From Candidatus Delongbacteria bacterium (GTDB lineage Bacteria; CAIWAD01), in contig OY760505.1 of assembly GCA_963663545.1 (NCBI GenBank), positions 576,001 to 640,000 on the forward strand: a stretch of DNA of 64,000 nt. The letters run 5' to 3'. Below, piece by piece: positions 59,953-64,000 of this stretch. The stretch's first letter is position 1. The number at the start of each line of letters is the position of its first letter. The position numbers and the translations under genes were made by a program. Below the pieces are notes generated by a model. That model made no database searches. It was not told the DNA's origin and worked only from the letters and a program-made list of their open reading frames with translations.

Positions 59953-61679
59953 GATTCCTCTCCTTCTGTTGTATCACGCTTTGTGTAGAGATTCTGTTTC
60001 TGGTGGTAATAACCCAGTGCGAAATGTCCCTGCCTCTGCAGGTCCAGACAGCCGGGGAACTCGGCAAGCGGCTCTACGACCTCCTGGATCTGACGCTCCA
60101 GGTGGATTGCCATGCCGGGCTTGTCTTTCTGGAGTTTCGCCAGATGATGACGACTCAGACGGATCAGTCGTGGGAAGACGGCCACCGGTGTGCCAGAGGC
60201 CGAGCTGAAATAGGAGTTAAGAGTTTCGGCATTGACGGCCTGTTTCTGTGTGTACTCCAGCAGCGCGAACAGGCGGCCGAGCCGATAGCCCGGATTGGTG
60301 TTGTGCGGATCAAGACTCACGTGAATATCCTCCCATTGTGCATCAGATTGCGATCGTTTGTAGCGGTTCAGCCATGCCTTGAGCAGAGCGGCGCGGCAGT
60401 AGGTTACAGCGCTTCTGTTCTGTTCGCTGCGACATCGCTGTATCACACCGCCAAGAATGCTATGCGGAAGCGCCCTACCCTGGAGAGCAGCCATGGTCAG
60501 CTCCGGCCCGAGGCGCGGCGACAGTCGCTTCACATCCTCCAGGGGTGCCATGCTTCTAAGCAATTGGTAAATGGTTGGTCGCTCCGGATCATGAGATCCA
60601 CGAGCGATCTCCAGATCCTTCCAAAAGCTGCGCACAGTACGACTTAACTCGGCAACGGTAGACCGAATGAAGAAGCGTACGGCCACGCGCGCCGCCGCTG
60701 GCGACAAGCCAAGTAGAAAAAAGTCAGTTGTGCCGTCTCTGCTTTCTTCCAGGTGGCGATACAGGGCGCGAATGGCTGTGCCATCCACATCTGCTTGATC
60801 CTGAAAGAAAAGTGCCTCAAGACTGTGCTCGAGTGGAACAGAATCAGCGGCCCAGTATACGACTTTACATCCTCCGCCAATGTTGTGTCCGCGCTCCAGC
60901 AAGTAGTGAAGCGCCTGTCCGTAGGCTTGTGCTGCGTACTCGCTAGTGGGCGCGTTCCGACCTTCCATCCATCCATGCGACTTGCTGCTCTGTGCATTGT
61001 TGCTAACCAGCACACAACCGGAAGTCTGTCCACCGGGCAATTGAATGGCCGGATGCAAACGTGCCCTTTCACGGAATTCTCCCGTGACTAGGCATACCGA
61101 TGTGCCCTGCTTCTCCGAAACCTGCTGAAATGCCTCAGCCAGTTGTGGGCTGGAGCATACTGGCTCGGTAGATCCATTTAACCGGAAACTGAGAGTGGGG
61201 TCAGCAGCGGAAAGCTCTTGCCAACCTTGATGCTCGGTGACAAGCTTGTACTCCCCACTCTCATAGAATCTACAGACAGCTCGAAACCCGATGTCATCTG
61301 GGCAAGAATCACGAACAGTCGTTGCCAACTCCAGGAATGCGGCCAACTGTAAACAGGCTCGCTCCTCCCGCTTCTTTGACTGTTGCGGAGTCTCATCTTG
61401 CTTGGCACCTACGATTCCCAATACATAGGACTGGTTATCGAAGAGCGGTTGTGCACGAACACCGCTCGTACGAGTTGGAGTTGCCGGAACCTGAAGACTT
61501 CTTCCGATTTGATTCTTGCCAACCTGAGCTCGCAAGTCTTCCAACTCAACGAAGTGCCCCTCTTCATCAATCACTATCAGCCCATCGATCTTCGCAGTCG
61601 TCATGCCAGGTGGCGGAATCTCATCCGGGGCATCCCGGCGCATGCGCTCGTAATACTTCACCAGTTCCTGCAGAATCAT
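59949..61679 (-). CDS. cas8c: Cas8c/Csd1
   Basis: MILQELVKYYER, RTSG, CLVTG, LGLSPAAARVAVRF, GYRLGRLFALLE, FALGYYHQ; ATGA overlap with cas5. Confidence 0.95.
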   Translation of the reverse strand: MILQELVKYYERMRRDAPDEIPPPGMTTAKIDGLIVIDEEGHFVELEDLRAQVGKNQIGRSLQVPATPTRTSGVRAQPLFDNQSYVLGIVGAKQDETPQQSKKREERACLQLAAFLELATTVRDSCPDDIGFRAVCRFYESGEYKLVTEHQGWQELSAADPTLSFRLNGSTEPVCSSPQLAEAFQQVSEKQGTSVCLVTGEFRERARLHPAIQLPGGQTSGCVLVSNNAQSSKSHGWMEGRNAPTSEYAAQAYGQALHYLLERGHNIGGGCKVVYWAADSVPLEHSLEALFFQDQADVDGTAIRALYRHLEESRDGTTDFFLLGLSPAAARVAVRFFIRSTVAELSRTVRSFWKDLEIARGSHDPERPTIYQLLRSMAPLEDVKRLSPRLGPELTMAALQGRALPHSILGGVIQRCRSEQNRSAVTYCRAALLKAWLNRYKRSQSDAQWEDIHVSLDPHNTNPGYRLGRLFALLEYTQKQAVNAETLNSYFSSASGTPVAVFPRLIRLSRHHLAKLQKDKPGMAIHLERQIQEVVEPLAEFPGCLDLQRQGHFALGYYHQKQNLYTKRDTTEGEES

Positions 61680-62329
61680 GATGCCACCTCCGCAGCATCG
61701 AGTTCCGGAACTGTTACACACCCCTGTTCCATGCTTGCGCGAAAGAAGCGCGGTTCCGCACACTCTCCATCAAAGTCAATGTCATGCAGCATCCAGCCCA
61801 GGTCACGGCTCTCTGTGATTGGTGTATCACCATCCTCGCCGAGAGCAAAGTGTGCCGGAAACTCACGGCAACCCATACAGGGTTGATGAAAGCATTGGCC
61901 GTGTGTCACACGTCGCAGAAACATCTCGCGGAACTTGAGTGGATTATCGCTCGGTCCCGCATTCTTGGTCAGAATGAAATCAGCATGGATCAGATACGCA
62001 ACGTCCCGCAAGACCAGCGCATTTCTCTGGATGCAGTGATCGCTTCCAACAATACCAAGATCACCACATCCCTTTTCCATGGCCGATGCAGCTACGCGTG
62101 CAGAGATCTTGTGATCCACTTCGTTACGCTTGACGCTGTACCATTTCACGGGACGCAACACATCAATCTGCTTCACTCGCCAGCGGATGGCAGGCTTCCA
62201 AAGAATGGCCTCCAGAATGCCACGCGCAGCAGAGGGTGTCATCACGTCGTACGACACACGCTCCACCTTCATCTCTGGTCGCGTGAAGCAGGCGAAATCG
62301 CCCCACACTTTCAGGACTAGCTCTTCCAT
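61676..62329 (-). CDS. cas5: Cas5d, type I-C
   Basis: GDFACFTRPEMKVERVSYDVMTPSAARGILEAILWKP, GCREF, DLGWMLHD. Confidence 0.97.
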   Translation of the reverse strand: MEELVLKVWGDFACFTRPEMKVERVSYDVMTPSAARGILEAILWKPAIRWRVKQIDVLRPVKWYSVKRNEVDHKISARVAASAMEKGCGDLGIVGSDHCIQRNALVLRDVAYLIHADFILTKNAGPSDNPLKFREMFLRRVTHGQCFHQPCMGCREFPAHFALGEDGDTPITESRDLGWMLHDIDFDGECAEPRFFRASMEQGCVTVPELDAAEVAS

Positions 62330-62344
62330 AAGCTCTCTCCTTCG

Positions 62345-64000
62345 CTATATCATTAATAAGTCGTTTCGTGAGTCATCACCAGTCAACAGACCACGCTGGT
62401 AGCAGTAGAGATTCTCAGCCTTCTGCACTAGTATCCCGTTGTACTCTTCAAGAAGACCTGCGCCAAGCATCTTCTCTGCAACCCACTTGTTCAACCCCAC
62501 AGTGTAGCGCTGCAATCGTCGATACAGTTGGCGTGACACATATCCGTCCTCAAGTTGTCTCTGCAGCCTGGATCCTTCTCCGTAGCTCACAACGACGGAT
62601 CGCTGTTGGTCATCGATCAGCCGATATCTGCGATCCACTTCTTGAAACAGATTCCCCTTGCATGCCTGTATCACACCACAATCACGTCTCTCCGGACCCA
62701 ACTTCCAGTACAAGTCTCTGAAGTAGGAGTCGTAGGCAGCTGCTGACAATGGTTCCTTCGTGTCACGTAGAACACTACGCCCACTCTGGGCGGCCATGGT
62801 CAAGATCCCGGGTGGTGGGCTAGTAGGCGGAACAAACACTTCAACATGCCCACATGCCTGTCGGCCTTCGCGGTTGCATCGGCCAGCGGCCTGAGCAATG
62901 GAATCCAATCCGGCCAGCGCACGAAAGACGGCTGGGAAATCTATATCCACTCCGGCTTCGATCAATTGTGTGCTGACCACCCGTGTTACAACACCTGCTG
63001 CCAATCGGCGTCGTATCTCCTGTAGCAGCTCGCTGCGGTGCTGCGGACACATTTGCGCAGATAGATGAAAGCTCCCTGTTGGCATCAGCTTCCATAGTTC
63101 GCGACAGTCTTTTCGACTGTTGACGACACAAAGCACTTGGGGAAACTCTTCCAAGCGTCTGGCAAGCTCTTCCCAGGATATTGCCTCGTGCAGATTCTCT
63201 GGCAGATGAAGGTCCACGCGTTTGAGACGGGCTTCCAAATTGAGTCGCGGTGATACAATCTCCCGCGCTTCTGGAAGACTGGCCTTACCCAAGTCAAAAA
63301 GTGCAGGCTGTGTGGCCGTGCAGAGAACCACGCTCGCTGAGTAATTACATACGAGCTCCTTCAACGCGAGCAGGGTCGGGTCCAGCAGGCCCGGATTCAG
63401 GTTCTGCGCCTCATCCAGGATGACAACGCTTCCAGCTACATTGTGCAGCTTGCGTGCCTGGCTTGTTCTACACGTGAACAGGCTCTCAAAAAACTGAACC
63501 GATGTCGTCACGATCAGCGGCGCATCCCAGTTCTCTACCGCCAAATCCCAAGCCGTGCATTCCTCATCGAGAACCTTCCCTCTGTCCTCGACAAAGTTGC
63601 TATGGTGCTCAATCACTGTATCACGAAGGTCTTGGAAAACACCACGAAACACGTCTGCGGTCTGCTCAATGATGCTTGTGTAGGGGATCACATAGATTAC
63701 TCGGCGCAGACCGTGTCTGCACGCGTGATCCAGAGCAAAAGAGAGAGAGGACAGCGTCTTGCCTCCCCCCGTGGGCACGGTAAGTGTAAACAGTCCAGGA
63801 TTCTCCACTGCTGAATTCAGGCAAGCGGTAAGTACTTCGCGTCTTGTACGATTCACATCTGTGTCACATGTCGAGTTGCGCCCCAGCCTCTCCATATATT
63901 GATGGAGTGTATCACGGAGCTGCTCAAGAGTTGGATACTGCCCGCGCCTATCCTCCTGCTCAGGTTTTGTGAAGCGAGCTGTGTCAAGTCGATCCGCATC
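62345..64000 (-). CDS. cas3: Cas3 helicase-nuclease (5' part outside window)
   Basis: VPTGGGKT, IPYTSIIEQ, LDEAQ, TATQP, STQLIEAGVDIDF, QAAGRCNREG; frame stays open to 64000 with DADRLDT from the HD domain. Confidence 0.96.
   Translation of the reverse strand, partial: DADRLDTARFTKPEQEDRRGQYPTLEQLRDTLHQYMERLGRNSTCDTDVNRTRREVLTACLNSAVENPGLFTLTVPTGGGKTLSSLSFALDHACRHGLRRVIYVIPYTSIIEQTADVFRGVFQDLRDTVIEHHSNFVEDRGKVLDEECTAWDLAVENWDAPLIVTTSVQFFESLFTCRTSQARKLHNVAGSVVILDEAQNLNPGLLDPTLLALKELVCNYSASVVLCTATQPALFDLGKASLPEAREIVSPRLNLEARLKRVDLHLPENLHEAISWEELARRLEEFPQVLCVVNSRKDCRELWKLMPTGSFHLSAQMCPQHRSELLQEIRRRLAAGVVTRVVSTQLIEAGVDIDFPAVFRALAGLDSIAQAAGRCNREGRQACGHVEVFVPPTSPPPGILTMAAQSGRSVLRDTKEPLSAAAYDSYFRDLYWKLGPERRDCGVIQACKGNLFQEVDRRYRLIDDQQRSVVVSYGEGSRLQRQLEDGYVSRQLYRRLQRYTVGLNKWVAEKMLGAGLLEEYNGILVQKAENLYCYQRGLLTGDDSRNDLLMI

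Noticed and set aside
63893..63895. ATG 63895 as start of an HD-less Cas3
   Set aside because: The frame stays open to the window edge and encodes the HD-domain DAD motif, so the gene is merely truncated by the window.

Overview
Chromosomal window from a GC-rich diderm bacterium, probably a deep-branching FCB-group lineage (inferred from T9SS-type C-terminal domains, PorV, archaeal/eukaryotic-type ProRS and TAnnTTTG promoter elements alongside Shine-Dalgarno sites). Core content: gap (partial), tRNA-Val, cstA, lptD-like, rpmB, phoR/phoU, greA, proS, and pyrR-pyrB-pyrC' with a PyrR attenuator. Accessory content: a SusD-less TonB receptor/giant secreted protein/PorV/CBM20-like locus, two beta-glucan hydrolases, a TlpA-DUF4266-DUF3570-ApbE flavinylation cluster and a type I-C CRISPR-Cas locus (10 repeats, 9 spacers; cas3 runs off the right edge). 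Most notable observations: (1) the heptamer GTATCAC/GTGATAC occurs at least 78 times outside the array, about ten-fold above a rough random expectation, and is also the first 7 nt of the CRISPR repeat; (2) a 1.15 kb five-unit, hairpin-rich tandem array is fused to the trailer end of the CRISPR array, each unit carrying a 17-nt CRISPR half-repeat and one of two unrelated variable cassettes; (3) several apparent pseudo-enzymes, notably a ClpA/C-like protein that has lost its catalytic motifs but keeps the ClpP-docking IGF loop, and an IS200 TnpA-like protein lacking HUH and Tyr. All counts and alignments were done by eye.
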